Counted from the first letter of the whole stretch, positions 36,323-50,347 are shown. The stretch is 63,982 nt of DNA, filler included, from Basidioascus undulatus (GCA_000826855.1; 13 parts of 13 records of this genome joined end to end with filler, not necessarily neighbours in it); one strand, 5' to 3'. The notes: a model not told the origin generated them from the sequence alone. Translations and numbers: made by a program.

Positions 36323-37768
36323 CTACCGAGCGCTCAAGCGGCCAACGTCTCCTGTTCTGTCAGGGGCAGGGGGTGAAATAAGAGGGAAGTGGGAGAAGAA
36401 GGGGGGTTAATTCCGCTTCCCATGTCGATTGGGGTCTTGAATGCAACATTTGTTATCAAGAATGCCTCGACCAGCGCCAACCAGGTGCAGCACCAGCTCA
36501 TCCTATTTTCTCGATTTCGTGCCGCCAATCTGCAAAAAAGGTCCAATGCTAGAGGTCTGGGGCAGCGTCTCGATCCAAGCGGGCGGCCAAAGAGACGCCC
36601 ACGGAGCTTAGCTAGGACCTCGGGAGCAAGGGTCTTGTCCTTGGCTATTGCAAGCGGGTCGTAGCCATGACGGACGAGAAAGCCGAGCTTGCCCATCTGG
36701 TCCTTGATGGCAAGCAACTCGTGAACGCACCCACATGAGTAACTGAAGATCTTGGAAAGCGAAAAACGTGCCGCAGCAAGACTCGTCTTGAGCTGGGTGA
36801 GCGGAAGGCGGGTACGCGGCGGAGGTGGCCTCTCGCGTTGTTGTTTGGCGTTTGAGCGCTCGTCGTACCTGGCTCTCGTCTCTGCGTCTCTCCTCCCTCA
36901 CATCACCACCTTAAGTGTCCTCCTCCCGCTTCTGTCGGCTACCCTGTCAGTGTGTGCAGCCTCCCAGTGGGCAAGAGCAAGTGGCATGAAAAAGGAACGA
37001 AGGGCGGCGGATAATAAACTACTATATTGCGCAACAGGGATACGAGGGAGGACAGCGTGTATGATCCTACATCATTGCGAGCGAAGTAACAGTAAAATGG
37101 GTTAGAGCAGCAAAATACGGAAAGAAGAGGCACGAAAGGCGAAAAAGCGGGGCAAAAGATGGGCGGTGGCGGATACGTGTGTGTGCCTATGCAAAATGCT
37201 AAGAGTGAGCCCAAAGGAAAAGGAAACAGTGAAGAAAACGATACCCCAAGAATAGGAAAGAAAAATGGATGGGAAACCGTCGAAAACCGTGAGACAGCTA
37301 AAAGCGGAGGCTGTGATGTGCGTGCGAGAACTGAACTGGACGGCAAAAAAAGATGAGGGGCAAACGCCAAAAGACGAGGAGAAAGGCAAGCAAGAGGAGG
37401 CGAAGAGGAGAGGAACAATTAGAGATAAAGGTCAACGCTTCGTGTGTGGGTGAGAACGTCGATGAGAGCGCACATTGTGTCAAGTGTCGCCCCTTCCGCC
37501 GGACCCACACCGCCTGCGTCAACACAGCCATCGCCACCACGCTCCCCGACACCCCCATCACCCTCGGCAATGACCACACCATCCCCGGCATCACCCTCAT
37601 CGACCGCCTCCTCAACGCTGCCCCCCACGTCGCCAGTCCCGTCCTCCGCACCATCAAGTCCACCCTCTGTCAAGCATCTGAACACCGTGTCATCCATGTC
37701 ATCCCTACATAGTCTATTCTTCTCCTGCTGGTGCAAAGCCTTCGCTCACGTGGTTTCGGTGCTGGCCT

Positions 37769-37840
37769 GGCCCCTTCCCGCTCCTGTATCCCCTCCTGTT
37801 GCCCACTAGTCGCGTCGCATGCAGAGCTCTTAACGTCTAA
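37769..37840 (+). repeat. Direct repeat, copy 2 (matches 33451-33567)
   Basis: Near-identical to the contig-start sequence. Confidence 0.85.
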
Positions 37841-38944
37841 GTAGACAACTTGAGGGATAAAAACAGTGCATCGCCGCTGAGAAAGGCCGAGTTGAGCTTG
37901 AGCGACAGCTGAGTCACGTGAGCTCATAATTGAAAACATCTCAACAGCTCCTCGGCACCGCCAAGCTTTCCGCACTGGATGGAGAGAAACTGAATTTCTT
38001 CTGTTGAAACCCTCTATCCTGAAAGCTAGACGGATGTATGCATAGAGTGTCGACCTCCGGCGCGTCTGGTTTTCCTACCCACCCCCAGGACTCGACCGGC
38101 TCGAGCAACGCCGAATGGACGCTCCAAGGATCGAACACGACCACCACGTACCTAGGCCTCCTACGCAACAATGACCAGTATGCAATCTTATCGACCCCAT
38201 GGCCACCCCGCCCGCCAACATCCTTACCACACCGCTCTTCCGCGACGACTTCTCGGCCGCATGGAAATTGGACTGCTCGACCATGGAGCTCAAGACGTCC
38301 TGTATGTTGGACGGAGCTTCCTTTCGGAGCTTCCCTGATCTGACGTCCAATCGCTGATACTCTGTCGTCCAGTGAATGGGCAGGAGCTCACGTGCATGTC
38401 CAGCGCTACAACTCTAGCAGCCTACCGCTATCCATCACGTCTGCGCGTCTGGAGGCGCGGCGCAGGCGAAGAAGGCCTGCATCACGAGCGGCATCAACAG
38501 CATCAGCGAGATATCAGGCCTCACTACGCGCGGAGGAGCTGGATGCCCAGAATCCCGCCGCTTCTCATGCCCGGCCGAGGAACCCAGTGGACAGCGGCGG
38601 TCAGAGCCTAACACGAAGTCTCACATGATGGGCGATGAACGTCTGTGGCTCTCCAGTCGAAACCACGTGTCACCACCGGGAGCCCGGCGATCCACAAGGG
38701 GACAGATAACCCTGGCATCCCGAATGACGAAAGTCCACTCTCGCGGCTGTCGCGTCTGTACAAGGCAAAAAACCGGCTAGATCGAGGAGACTGATAGCGG
38801 AGAAGCGAAGGTGAGATAACGTGCACGACCGGCAGGTCGAGCACTCTATTAGGGTGCCTCTGAAATATAAAGGCCGCTCGGTTCGTGTTCAATTGCGGTT
38901 GCCCTTCATCCTATATCACCTTCTCGTCTTCTGTCCTTCACATC

Positions 38945-41042
38945 ATGCGCAGCTTTCAAAACCTGCGCGGGCTTGCCTTAACATGGGCGATCTCAATCTC
39001 TTCTGGATTCTCCTTCCTCCTGTTCGGATGTGAGTGCGGCGCTCCTCCAGTTCGAGCAAAGATGGGAGGGAAGGCGGCTGATACGTTCCTTGGTCTCTGC
39101 GCGCTCAGACGACAATGGTGTCATGTTCGTTCTTCTGCCTGCTTCTCCTAATAACCGAGACTATCCTGACAGTCATTCTTCGCATCGTCCGGCTTTCACA
39201 GGGCCGGCTTAATCACGACCAAGCCATTCCTGACTGCCATGAACAATCCCGGTGCCGGAACTGTTGGAACGATAGTGGCCATTTATAACCTGGTGGGTGA
39301 AGGATCGGTCTTGCGACGATAGCGGGATCGGCAGGAAATTGACGAGCGAATCAAATTGCCTCGGGCTGTGTACAGGGATGCTTCTTCGGATGCGTGGTGA
39401 GTAGCATAATCGGGTTCAAAATCGGGCGCCGCAGGACGATCATGCTGGGCTGCTGGGTCAACGTCGTCGGTGGGTAGACCCCATTTTGAGCTAGTGGGCA
39501 GGTGGCTGAAGTCGACATCGGATATCGACGGGCTCCGCCGAACTCAACAGGCACCCTAATCCAAGCCCTCGCCTTTGGCGTCCCTCAACTCATTGTTGGC
39601 CGCATCGTTACGGGTATCGCGACCGGATTGATCACGTCTTCGATTCCGATCTGGATATCTGAGACCTCGCCCGCTTCCGAGCGGGGCGGCCTCGTAGCGG
39701 GACAATTGGCCATCGTCAGTCTAGGCATCACTATAGCCGACGGCATTGATTTTGGCATGAATTATATCGTAGGAAGCCAGGCAGCTTGGCGTGAGCTTCG
39801 CCTTTTTCCTCGTCGCTCGCGTCTCCGACATAAGCTGAAGCGTATGCACCGGTCACCCTGACACCTCACGCAGGCTTTCCCATCGCCTTCCAGTGTACCT
39901 TTGCACTTCTCACGCTTTCGACCGTACATTTCCTTCCCGAGTCGCCTCGATGGCTCTACGCTGTCGGTCGAACCGACGAAGCCGACGAAGTTCTCACGCG
40001 TCTCAAGGACCTTCCCTTCGACAACGTGGACGTAAAAGCTGAACGCACGGAAATTCTTAGCGCCATCGAGTACGAAAAGACGGTGCCGAAGATGGGAATT
40101 CGAAACATTCTCCGCGGCAAGGGCGAGCTCAAGATCATGCGCCGCATCATGACAGGTTTTGCCTGCCAGTGGTGGCAGCAATTCACTGGTATTGGTGTCG
40201 TGATTGGCTATCTGCCGTTGGTAATCACGAACCTCTTGGGCTTGTCGGAAACGCTCGCCCTAGGCCTGGGCCTGGTTTCGGCGGTCGTCTACACCATCGC
40301 GTCCATCCCTCCAATCTTCTTTGTCGACCGTATTGGGCGGAGGAAGGGCTTGATGTTGGGCAGCACTGCGATGGCCGTCTGTTGGGTCGCCTTTGTCGCC
40401 CTAATCACGCAAACTCAGAGCAAGGCTTGCTTATACGCTGCTGTGGTGATGATCTACTTGTTTCAGATGTGTGTCTGCACCGTCTTTCCCTTCTATTTCG
40501 AGCGAGCAAAGCAAGGCTTACCCCTCAATTCTTTCTTGTCAGCGCCTTCGCCTTTTCGTGGCTCTCAATCCCTTGGATTTACCCTTCCGAAATCACGCCC
40601 CTTGCCGTTCGCCACGTCGGAGCGGCGGTCGGCACTTCCGCTGAGTGGCTGTCGGCCTTCCTTATCGCCGAGGTCACCCCGCTGGCTTTGAAGAACGTGG
40701 GCTGGAAGTTTTTCTTGGTGTTCGCTGTCATGTGGTGCGTGTTCGGGGGAGACCCTACCTCGACGTCGATCGTGGATTCTTTGTCTGGTCGTATCTCGAT
40801 TTGACACCAGCTGATCGCTTCCATTCCTCCTCATGTGCAGCGTCGCAGGCATTCCGTTGGTCTACTTTTTCTTCCCTGAGACGGCCGGCCTCTCTCTCGA
40901 GGCGATCGATCTCATGTACGCTTCCGGTCGGCTCACAGGCGGCATCGAGGAGCAGCGAGAGCAGGCTGGTCGCAGGCACGAGATGTTGGAGAAGCAGGCG
41001 AAAGCGGCAGTGCATGTAGAGTACGCAAGACGGCGAGACTAG
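38945..41042 (+). CDS. MFS sugar-porter family transporter (Stl1-like)
   Basis: LTWAISISSGFSFLLFGY/DNGVM; KIGRRRTIMLG; QLIVGRIVTGIATGLITSSIPIWISETSPASERG; PESPRWL; QQFTGI; VDRIGRRK; WIYPSEITPLAVRHVGAA; VYFFFPETAGLSLEAID. Confidence 0.93.
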
Positions 41043-41649
41043 CTCAGTTTGACGTCCAGGTGGGACGGTGTTTGCTGAAGAGGACACGTTTGTAAGGCCA
41101 CAATGATTGAGGCGTATTCGATGGACTTGCCCGTGGCGAGGAGAGCGAGAATCGGTGACTTGCACTGCTCTTGGTCCTTACTGCCTTGGATATACACATG
41201 CATGTGAAGGCAAACGCCAGCAAACGGAGGCAGACACACTAATGCTCAAGACAAAGACAGGATGAACACGAATACAATGGTAGTGAACAGTTTCTGTGCG
41301 CATTGTGATAGTCGGCGTGTCAGGGCTCGGGAGTGTTCGCCTTTGGCGGCTATCGGAATCAAGATACTCTTATGGTGGACCGTTCAAATATCGTTTCCGT
41401 TTTTACCGCAGAACGGAGACGAAAAATATGTGATGAGGCAGGGCACGATAAGAAAGGATACGAAGCAATGGGGCCTCTTCCCAACTGGGGACAGTGTCAG
41501 ACGCGAACCTTCTTTTTAGCTGAGCTAGAGTGCAGCCCTAACCCTTTGCTTGTGCCATCAGGCGTCTTCCGATTCAAAGTCTAGAAGGTAGGTATTACCA
41601 AAACACATTGCATTGCATAAACCCAGAGACAAGGAGACACATCCGACAA

Positions 41650-43457
41650 TCACGACTGCTTCCACTCCCGCTTGGACAATTTAACATATAGGTCTCCAGG
41701 ATTCTGGTTGAACCTTTCTACGAGAGGCAAAACGAAGTCTTCTCGCTCCAGCTGCCAGTCGTAGTTGTGCACGAGGGTAGCGATGAGGATCTGTTGTTCG
41801 AGATAGGCGAGGTTGCGGCCGATGCACGCGCGCGGGCCCTGCGAGAAGGGCATGACATACTTGCGCAGATTGGCCGACTCGGGCGAATCCTCGAGCCAGC
41901 GCTCCGGGCGGTACTCGTAAGGATCGGGGAAGAGCGAGGCGTTGTGGTGCAAGGTGTAAGTCGGGACCGATACGGTGATACCGCCGGGAATGAATTCGCC
42001 CTGAGAAAGAAAATAATATAACCGATCAGGAAGCCAGAACTAACAGCCCCTCGGGGACAGAGCTTCAAAAATGACAACGATCTGGCGCCAACGACTCACA
42101 GCGATCCATGCACCTTCCGGCGGAGTGACCCTTGGCAATCCGAGGCCAGTCGGAGGCCGGTCTCGCATCCCCTCGTCGATGCAAGCCCTCAAATACTTGA
42201 GTCCCTTGACCTGATCGTACGTCGCAATGCACCTTTCATTGCCGAGCGTCTCATCCAGCTCCGCTCGTAGCGCTTGGAACACGCGTCGATTCTTGATGAT
42301 GTGGTACATGACAGATGTCATGGCCGTCGCGGTTGTATCCGAGCCGGCGTTGATCATTACACCGGCCTCAGCGACGGGCTCGCGGAAGGGCAGGTGGAGG
42401 TCCTCGCCTTTGTTGTCGACGAGAAGGTTTCCCCAAAAGTCGCGGAATTCCGGTTCGTGCCCGAAGCGCTTGCGGATCTTGCGAATGCAGAGGTCGGTGA
42501 ACTCGGCGCCCCCAACGTTACCGGCGTGCCATTTCGTGAGCCACTTGGTCCAGGGGAGAAATTTGGGCCAGTGGGCGAGGATGACGTCGTAGCGCGAGTT
42601 GGTGTGGAAAGCGCGAATGGCGTTGGTATAGTAACGTCGTCCCGAGTCCGTCTCCGCTTCGACCAGATCGGTGCCGGAGTCGAGAAGGTTCGTACAGTCG
42701 TCATAAGCGAGTTTGGTGATGACGTCGAACGTGAAGAGATTGAGCCACCAACGAAGATTGAAGAGGGAAGAAGCGGCAACAGGCGTCGCGGGGTCGGATG
42801 TAAAGCCGTCAAACTTGGACAGGAGCGTCTCGATCTATTGCAAAGAAAATAAAGAAGGGGAGGGTTAGCCTTGACACAAAGAGATACGTGGATGAGCAAG
42901 GAGGAGGGCTGTGTTCACCTTTTCTCGGATATTCGGTTCCATATCCACGATGCTTTTCTGGGAAAACGCCGCGGCGATGTACTTCCTCTTCCTGGAATGG
43001 TCTTCCCTGCTCCTCGTCCCCACGATGCTCTTGTGCTCATTGCTTGAGAAGGTCTCGTAAAATACGTCCTTGAGCATGGGAGAGCCGTGTCCGTAGATTG
43101 CGGAAACCGCATCGGGATGGTTGAAGGAAACATGGGTAGGCTGAATTTTGATGATGGGCCCCAGCTTGGCGTGAGCCTCATCGACGGCGATGGAACGACG
43201 GAGGAACCACGAGTGATACGCCGCCCAGAAATTGGAGAAGCCTGCTATGGACGTTGCCGGAAAGCGCCGGAGACCGTATGGGTCGCCTAAGTAGTACACA
43301 AGGCAGCGGATAATCGCAGCCAGAACAGCGAAGGCGAAAACTGCAGAAAACGGCCAAAACACGTCAGCGTCGGCACGGTCTCATGCGGCAAAACGTGTCA
43401 AGGGAGTGTACTCGACACAATCATGCCTGAAAGACGATGCTGAAACTCGATGAGCAT
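41650..43457 (-). CDS. Cytochrome P450 monooxygenase (CYP53-clan / benzoate 4-monooxygenase-like)
   Basis: N-terminal anchor + DPYGLRRFPA; I-helix INAGSDTT; K-helix EGMR; PERW; heme motif PFSQGPRACIG. The start (MLIEFQH.., 43457) is inferred across an intron. Confidence 0.93.
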
Positions 43458-43791
43458 GGCAAGTTCAACGCAAAAGAGACGGTTAATGCGAATCACTGTG
43501 ATATCCGGTGAACAAGAGCGACTCATCCCCTTCAATAAATACCTGCTCCCGAGCCCTCAGCTCGAGAGGTGGCCAGAGGCGAGGTTGAGGTACGACGAGC
43601 ATCACAGTACGATACGGCCAACTTGGCCCAGCCGGGCAAGACCTTCCTGGGCGTTGAGAGAAGCCCGTCCGGTGACCAACATAGCGCGCTCGGAGCGAAG
43701 ATGACTCCTTCTGACGGCTGAGCGGTCGTCGTCTCGCGAGGTGTACTTGTGGACCTGAGCGCTCATACGGATCTGATTCACGAACGAGGAC

Positions 43792-43841
43792 AACTTCGGC
43801 TCGAACTTGGACCCTCGAACAAGAATAACTTCGGCTCGAAC
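43792..43841. promoter_or_regulatory. Duplicated 15-bp motif AACTTCGGCTCGAAC in the divergent P450/ADH promoter
   Basis: Exact copies at 43792-43806 and 43827-43841, each with a CGG triplet; TATAAA at ~44063 upstream of ADH. Confidence 0.45.
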
Positions 43842-44166
43842 AGAGGCATGCCGTGGCGATCGCCCGAGACACTTGCCTAATCGGGCGAGTTTACGCGCCG
43901 CGGCTGCAGGTCATCCGCGGGCAGCTAGTGGACCGGCTCGCTGCATCTTCTTCTGTTTTGCTTGCTCTTCTTGCATTGGGGAGATCCGAAAGCATGAAGA
44001 AGGATCACATGGGTCGAAGAGTAGAATGTCGGAGCAGACAAGAGTTTACAAGGTACGTCGACTATAAAGACAGCACCAAGGATACCCAGACGGGCTGGCT
44101 ATCGCTTCCCTCCTACGGACTCTCCCCGCTTCATCCCCTTTGCCGCTCACCAACGCACATTTTACC

Positions 44167-45693
44167 ATGGTTTACCCTGACACCTTCAAAGGCTTCGCCT
44201 CGCACTCCCAGGAGCGGTGGTCGGATTTCAAGCTCCTCGAGTACAAGCCGCGTCCTTTCACGGAGTTCGACGTCGACGTCAAGATCTCTCACTGCGGAGT
44301 GTGCGGGTCTGACATCCACACATTGAAGAACCAAGGTGTAAGTTGCTTCTCCGTGGCTCCGTGATGTTCTCGCGCTTCCTGGGGTGCATGTCCTTCCAAG
44401 ATCGTTGCTAACTTCCCGCACGTTACCCTGCCGGCACACTCTCCCCAAGACCTGGATTGGCACGAAGTATCCCATCGTTGTTGGACACGAGATCGTGGGC
44501 AAAGCGGTCAAGGTTGGCTCCAAGGTAACCGACATTGCCATTGGGGACAGGGTCGGTGTCGGCGCCCAGATCGGCTCTTGCGGTGACTGCAAATTCTGCA
44601 AGAACGGGAATGAGAGTGAGCCCCACATGGCGCTACGCTTGCTCTTCCCCTTGCTTTTCCGCTTGAACCCACCCCGCTAATGCTCCCGCGGTTTCGAAAA
44701 GACTACTGCAATGTCAGGATGATTGACACGTACGGAACCACTTTCGAGGACGGCACCGTCCAGCAGGGCGGCTACGCCAATTACATTCGTGCGCACACCC
44801 AGTTCGCCTTCAAAATTCCTGTGCGCCCCTTTTTTGTCGGTAACGGTTTCGAACCTTTTGACAGTTCGCGCTCACTTTCATGTCGTCTTTTCCTCTGTCC
44901 ACAGGATGATATCCCCTCCGATATCGTGGCACCCATGCTCTGCGGAGGCCTTACTTGCTTCTCTCCGCTAATCCGCAATGGTGCTGGCCCCGGAAAAAAG
45001 GTCGGCATCGTCGGCATCGGTGGCTTGGGACACTTCGGTGTCTTGTTCGCCGCTGCACTCGGCGCGGAAGTGTACGCCATCTCGCATTCGACTAACAAGA
45101 AGGAGGACGCGATGAAGGTGGTCTTTGTCTCCCATATTGACGATGGCGAACGTATCGAATCTAACTTGTCACTCGCTCTTGTGCAGATGGGCGCCCACCA
45201 CTTCACTGTCACCTCTGAAAGGGGATGGGCCGAGCCCCTTCGTCATGAGCTCGACCTGATCATCTCCACCACGAATGGCAGCAAAGACTACCCTCTCCAA
45301 GAGTACCTTTCGCTTCTCAGCGTTCACGGCAAGTTCATCAGCGTGGGCCTGCCCGAGGCTCCTTTCCCGCAAATCCGCTGCCAGGACTTCATGTCTCAGG
45401 GAGCGCTCATGGGCGCGTCTCACATCGGCAATAAGGCGGAGGCTTTGCAGATGCTCGACCTGGCTGCCAAGCAGAACATCAAAAGCTGGATTCAGCCCGT
45501 CAAGCTGTCCCAGGCGGGCTGCAAAGAGGTTCGTGGGCACGTCCCTCTTGCTTCTGCATCTCTTTCTTCTCTTGCTCACTGACTAGGGATTTCCGACCCT
45601 CTTGACTACCAGGTCGTGGAGTCGGTCTTGGACGGCAAGGCCAGGTACCGATACGTGCTCACCGACTTTGACGACGAGAAGTTTGCGAACTAG
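44167..45693 (+). CDS. NADP-dependent zinc alcohol dehydrogenase (CAD/Adh6-7 type)
   Basis: CGVCGSDIH; GHEIVGK; GDRVGVGAQIGSCGDCKFC; APMLCGGLTCFSPL; GIVGIGGLGH; ends GKARYRYVLTDFDDEKFAN* (TAG 45691-45693). Confidence 0.95.
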
Positions 45694-47525
45694 ATACACG
45701 ATTCTATAAACCTGTACGGGCCGGGAATTACAGGGTATAGACGGAGCCGGCCAGGGCAAACATGATACAGATCTTGCAACTCTGTTTCGTCTTCACAGAG
45801 AATATTCATATATGCGCCCTTCTTTTTGTTCGGCTCCGAGAAGGTCGGCGGAGCCGCGCTTGTTTCTCCTGGAAAATTCCGCCAGCAAAGTATATCCAAT
45901 GGGGTGCTAGAACAAAAGGAAAACGAGGACAACAGAGAAGAGGGAAACGGCCGCTAGTGCCAAAGAGGCGACTCGAGTATGCCTGTCCAGGGGCGGACCT
46001 CCAACCGCGATGAAGATCATCTACCCTCTGCCAAGGTAGTCCATTCCTTGACGCATGATTGTACCAGTCCTCCGCCAGAGCTTTGAGCAAACCGACCAAC
46101 TCATTCTCTCTGGCAAGGGCCGCCTGAGAAGCCTCCTCCTGCATGGCCAACTCGGCACGGCAAGGAAAAGCAATGGTAGGTTTTCATCCGGTAAGAAGCC
46201 GATGGACGCTTCGAAAGCACTCATCAAGATCAGTAATATGGAGGAGGCGTGCTGCGAGGCCAACTGTTGCTGGTGTCCTTCGATCGCTTGTCGTTGTGCG
46301 GAGACGACGCTTGCGGAATGGACGGTGCAGTCTTTAACGGTAGTACGGTACAAACCTCGCGAATTAAAATCAGGATCCAGTGTGTGGATATTTGTATAAT
46401 GCGAGAGAACGAGACGAAAGAAGAGGAAAGAGACAGGTCAAGAAAGACAGATTGACCGGGGCGAAGCGAAGGTTGCGAAGCAAATGGCACAAAGGGGGAT
46501 CGTTCTGAATCCGCGGGCAGGCTCGTTCGAAGGCTGCAAGGTACGAACGCACCGAACACGTAATTGGGCACTGAGGTCGTCATAAATGAGCCTATGCGAC
46601 GATGTAGGACGCTCTTGCTGGGAGACCAAGCGGGTCAGCGTAGTTCATCCATCCACGGCGTCCTCATGTCACTCCACCTATCAGTGACCCAGGCTTCACT
46701 CGCCTTTTCATGTTCCCTAGTCGCTGCCTCGTCATGTCTTCTTCCCTGGTTTGCATGAGCAACTTCCTCCGTGCATGTCTGCATGCCAGCAGTGACGGCC
46801 GGTTCCGTTTCAGTCCCAAACAGGGTGGAGGCTTCGCGACTTCTGATCGCCCTGCTGTCATCTCCGAAGTGCGAGAATGTTGCAGGCGCATCAAAGAATG
46901 CGCTGATTGGAGAGGACGGCGGCCCAAGAATTAAGTTTTTTACGACCGGATTATAGCGTGGACTTTGAGCCTCCAGCGGAAGAAGAAGAGAGAGATGCGT
47001 GAACACCGTTCTGGGGCGTTAGAAGGGCGAGCTGCGGTGGTCAACGCCCCGCGCTCGGCACCTAGTCGCCTACTTCTCTTTTCCCTTTTCGGCCTTCCGT
47101 CCTTCTTTCCATTCCGATGTAGTTGTCTAGGCCTCAGACGACGACGTAATAGTATACAACAGCTGGAAGGGCCAGCTTCTGGCCGAGCGCAAACTGAGTT
47201 GACAGCGACGTGCGGAGAGGGCACGACTGGCCCCGGTCATCACGGTGAAGGATGCCATGCATCCGCATTGATTCAATGGAGCAGTGGTTGTGTGTGGTTC
47301 CTTTGGGGCCCTCCACAGATGAGACTTGCAGGTGATCGGGATGCCGAGGCGAAATTGGCGGTAAGCAGAAGAGCAATGTCGTTCGCGCTCGGAGCTGATG
47401 GAAGGTTACAGGAAGACACCTACATGAGGCCGCGCGCCGCTCTATCAAGCTGTCAAGCGCACGTCGCCGAGGCCCTGATCATCAGACCACAGACCATTTA
47501 TTGACTCTCCTGCGGCTCTTGGTGC

Positions 47526-50347
47526 CTACCCCTGCTCGCTCGTCCAACCCCAATCGTCCAACAACCCCTTTACGATCGCATGCACTGGCCAAGCCGTCTC
47601 CCCCTCAATCTCTCGCAAAATCTGGATGAGCATCTGCCTCTCTCGGGAAGAGCGCAGGCATTTTCCGGCTGTCGAGCGATTTCCGGCGCAGGAGAAGGCA
47701 GTACATCAATGCGATTTGCACATGAAGACGCCCGACACGAAATGAGGGGGACGACGAGGGGACACGTACCCAGTGCTAACTGTTGCGTCGCGCTGATTCT
47801 CGCGCTCTGACATCGATTCGTGACCGAAATTCCGCAAATTAGTCTGGCGTGTTTGAGGATCTCCTCCTCCAGGCGCTGAAAGAAGCGGAGGCCTGTAAAG
47901 CCGAGCGAAAGGCCGGAGGAAGGGAGGGGGGCAAGGCAGTGCGTGTAGAGTAGAAACCGTGCCATGTGGTATGACTGCATTCCCGCCACTGGTAAATGGC
48001 CGACTCGTCAGACATAGATGGTTGTGACGCAAAACGTAGAAAGAGGGAGATCGAGTGCAACTTTCTGCTCACCGTGCCAATCCGAAAGGAGCCCTACGGG
48101 ATGAAGAGAGCGGCACCAGTTAGATAGACCTCACAGGCGGTGCAGGCGAGACAGGACACTCACAGACTGATGGGAAAGGGTTGGTCTCTCCTTCGTCTGC
48201 TTCCGCATACCAAAACGGCTGAAACCCGGGTGGCAAGCTTTCCTTCCAGCCCTCGACCGCGCCCTCGAGGTCTTTCCACTCCTCCCGTCTCTTGTCGTCG
48301 TTCGTCGTATTCGGCCGACTGAAGCAAAAGTTGATCACCTTGGCCAGCAAGTAGTATATTCGGTTCGCCCACATCTCATCCGACGTGGGCGAATGCAGAT
48401 CGACCGAAGTGAGGAAGCATGAAGACAGATCGATGATCGTCGGCCGGCGGTGTTTCTCCGCCTGCAACAGAAGCATGATCTTTGGCACTAAACGAGAGTA
48501 TCGAAGCGGAAGACGGGACTCACCCAAAGGATGTCCTGACGCAGGAGAACCCAAAAGGCCGCCTTGCGCAGCTCATCCGACTCTTCGCAGATGCTTTCGA
48601 CGCCAATCAGCGAGCATGAGCCGAGGAGGTGATGTTGCAAGTCGGCACCGGACGCTGCCAAATTGTCCATGTGAGTACTCAGTGACAGTCGTGCCCGAAG
48701 AAACGGAATATGCGAACAAGGAACGAGAAAGCCTTACGTTCCAACATCTCGTACATCCTCAGAATCGTCATGGCCGCCAGCAACTCGCCACTTGACGCGC
48801 CACGCCGATCCTGCAGCATAGGAATCATATCCCTCACGCATTCCGAGTGGTAGTATTCGGCAATGAGGCCGTCCATGCACTCGAGACGGGAGAGATGTCG
48901 AGCGCTAAAGGCCAGGATGGCGTTGAGAAGAACAGGATACGAGAAAGCTCTCTCCGGAATGAGCGTCCCAAAGTGTCGGCGAGAGTCTGTCATGTCGAGC
49001 TGAGAGCCGAGGAGAAAGGTCATGAGAATATGGAGAACACATTCGAAAGCGGTTTGGTGACTCACCCATGGTCCCACTACTTCGACGTAATGTCTCATCA
49101 ATCTCATCATCAGTCGATCCCCCCGTGGAATCCTCCTGGTCACCCTTCCCTCCCTCTCTGATGTCCCCAGGTCCAAGGCTCCGTCGCGCTCGCCGTCTCC
49201 CCGTGGTAATGCGATCTCGAGCGCCTCGTTGTAACCCCTTTCAATCTCGTTCTGGTGGCTCACGACCTGGTCGAGCAGCGAAGAGAGGTCTAGCGCGGGT
49301 TGTTCCGGCGACGAAAGGATGGGATCAAACAGGCTGTAGATCTGGACCGAGAAGGGTAGGTTTGGCGGTGAAAGGGTCGTATCTGTAGTCGTGAGCGGCT
49401 CGGAAGGGCGATGCGGGCGATCTGAGCCGTCCTGAAAGTCGCGAGTAAGAAAGGTGGACAAATCCAAGCTGGATGGCAAGCCTTGGCCGTTCGCCGACGG
49501 AGAGAGAAGTGGCGGATGATTAGGGGGAAGAACGAGAGGCGAAGACGTGTTGTGTGAGACCGGAGCGGTGGTGTCTCCTTCACGAGCCGAACAGGTTGTG
49601 TCGGAGACGACGTGCAGGGTTTGCACCGCCATCGCCCCATCCATCGAGGCATCCGTTGTCCAGCGAGAGGCGTCTGCGTTAAGGCTCGGAGTTGCGAGGG
49701 TTTCTCTTCCTCTTGGGACGTTCGACGACAATACAGATGACGGAGAAGGCCTTGAGGGACCATTGACCCGGGAGGTAATGTATCCCGACGCTACCTTGGA
49801 GGTTTCGTCGACGAATTTGAAACCGACTGCTATCGCTCGAGTAGCAGCGTGAGCTCGAGCCTACGCTCTCATATGTTGTAGAGAAGGGAGCACGCACGCG
49901 GAGATATATTTGTTCGTTTCCCGGACCCTCCCACCGAGCCACCATGCAGAACGTTGTTCTTTCGTGGACGGCCGTTCCCAGAATGTGAGTCCGTGTCCAC
50001 GCATTTTCGCCTTGATTTCCGACATCGTTCGCATATTGGCTTAGTCTCGTCGCCTGTCGGCGGTTCACAAGCGCAGGCGGGTCATCGAAGCTATCAGCTC
50101 AAAGCGCAATGGTCAGGAAACGAGAATGACAACAAAACTTCACATTTCAGATGCCTCTGTCGGCACGTAAGACTGTATGAGGATGAACGCGCGTGAGTTT
50201 TCCAATCGAAATCAAGCGCGCACGAGGGACGACTTACCACCCTGTTCGGTCCCTCCGCAGGGCCTTGCCTTGTCCTGTTGCCGTCTTGGGTGGGCTCGGG
50301 CGAGCGGCGCCGTCCATGATGAGAGTCGAGTCTGGCGAATCCACCAT
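47526..50347 (-). CDS. Zn(II)2Cys6 transcription factor with fungal-specific TF domain
   Basis: The spliced DNA-binding cluster reads RDRTG/CLTCRQRHLK/CDETKPICERCRKSRRKC. The middle region has LMRHYVEVVGPW/LDMTDSRRHFGTLIPERA..LLNAILAFSARHL and LRKAAFWVLLRQDI; it ends ..LLDDWGWTSEQG*. Confidence 0.9.

Noticed and set aside
36334..37740. ORFs downstream of the micro-exon gene as a partner or processing gene
   Set aside because: No recognisable domain or consistent exon structure.
45800..47200. Additional minus-strand gene in the P450 cluster
   Set aside because: Short ORFs in different frames with no identifiable family; cannot be supported.
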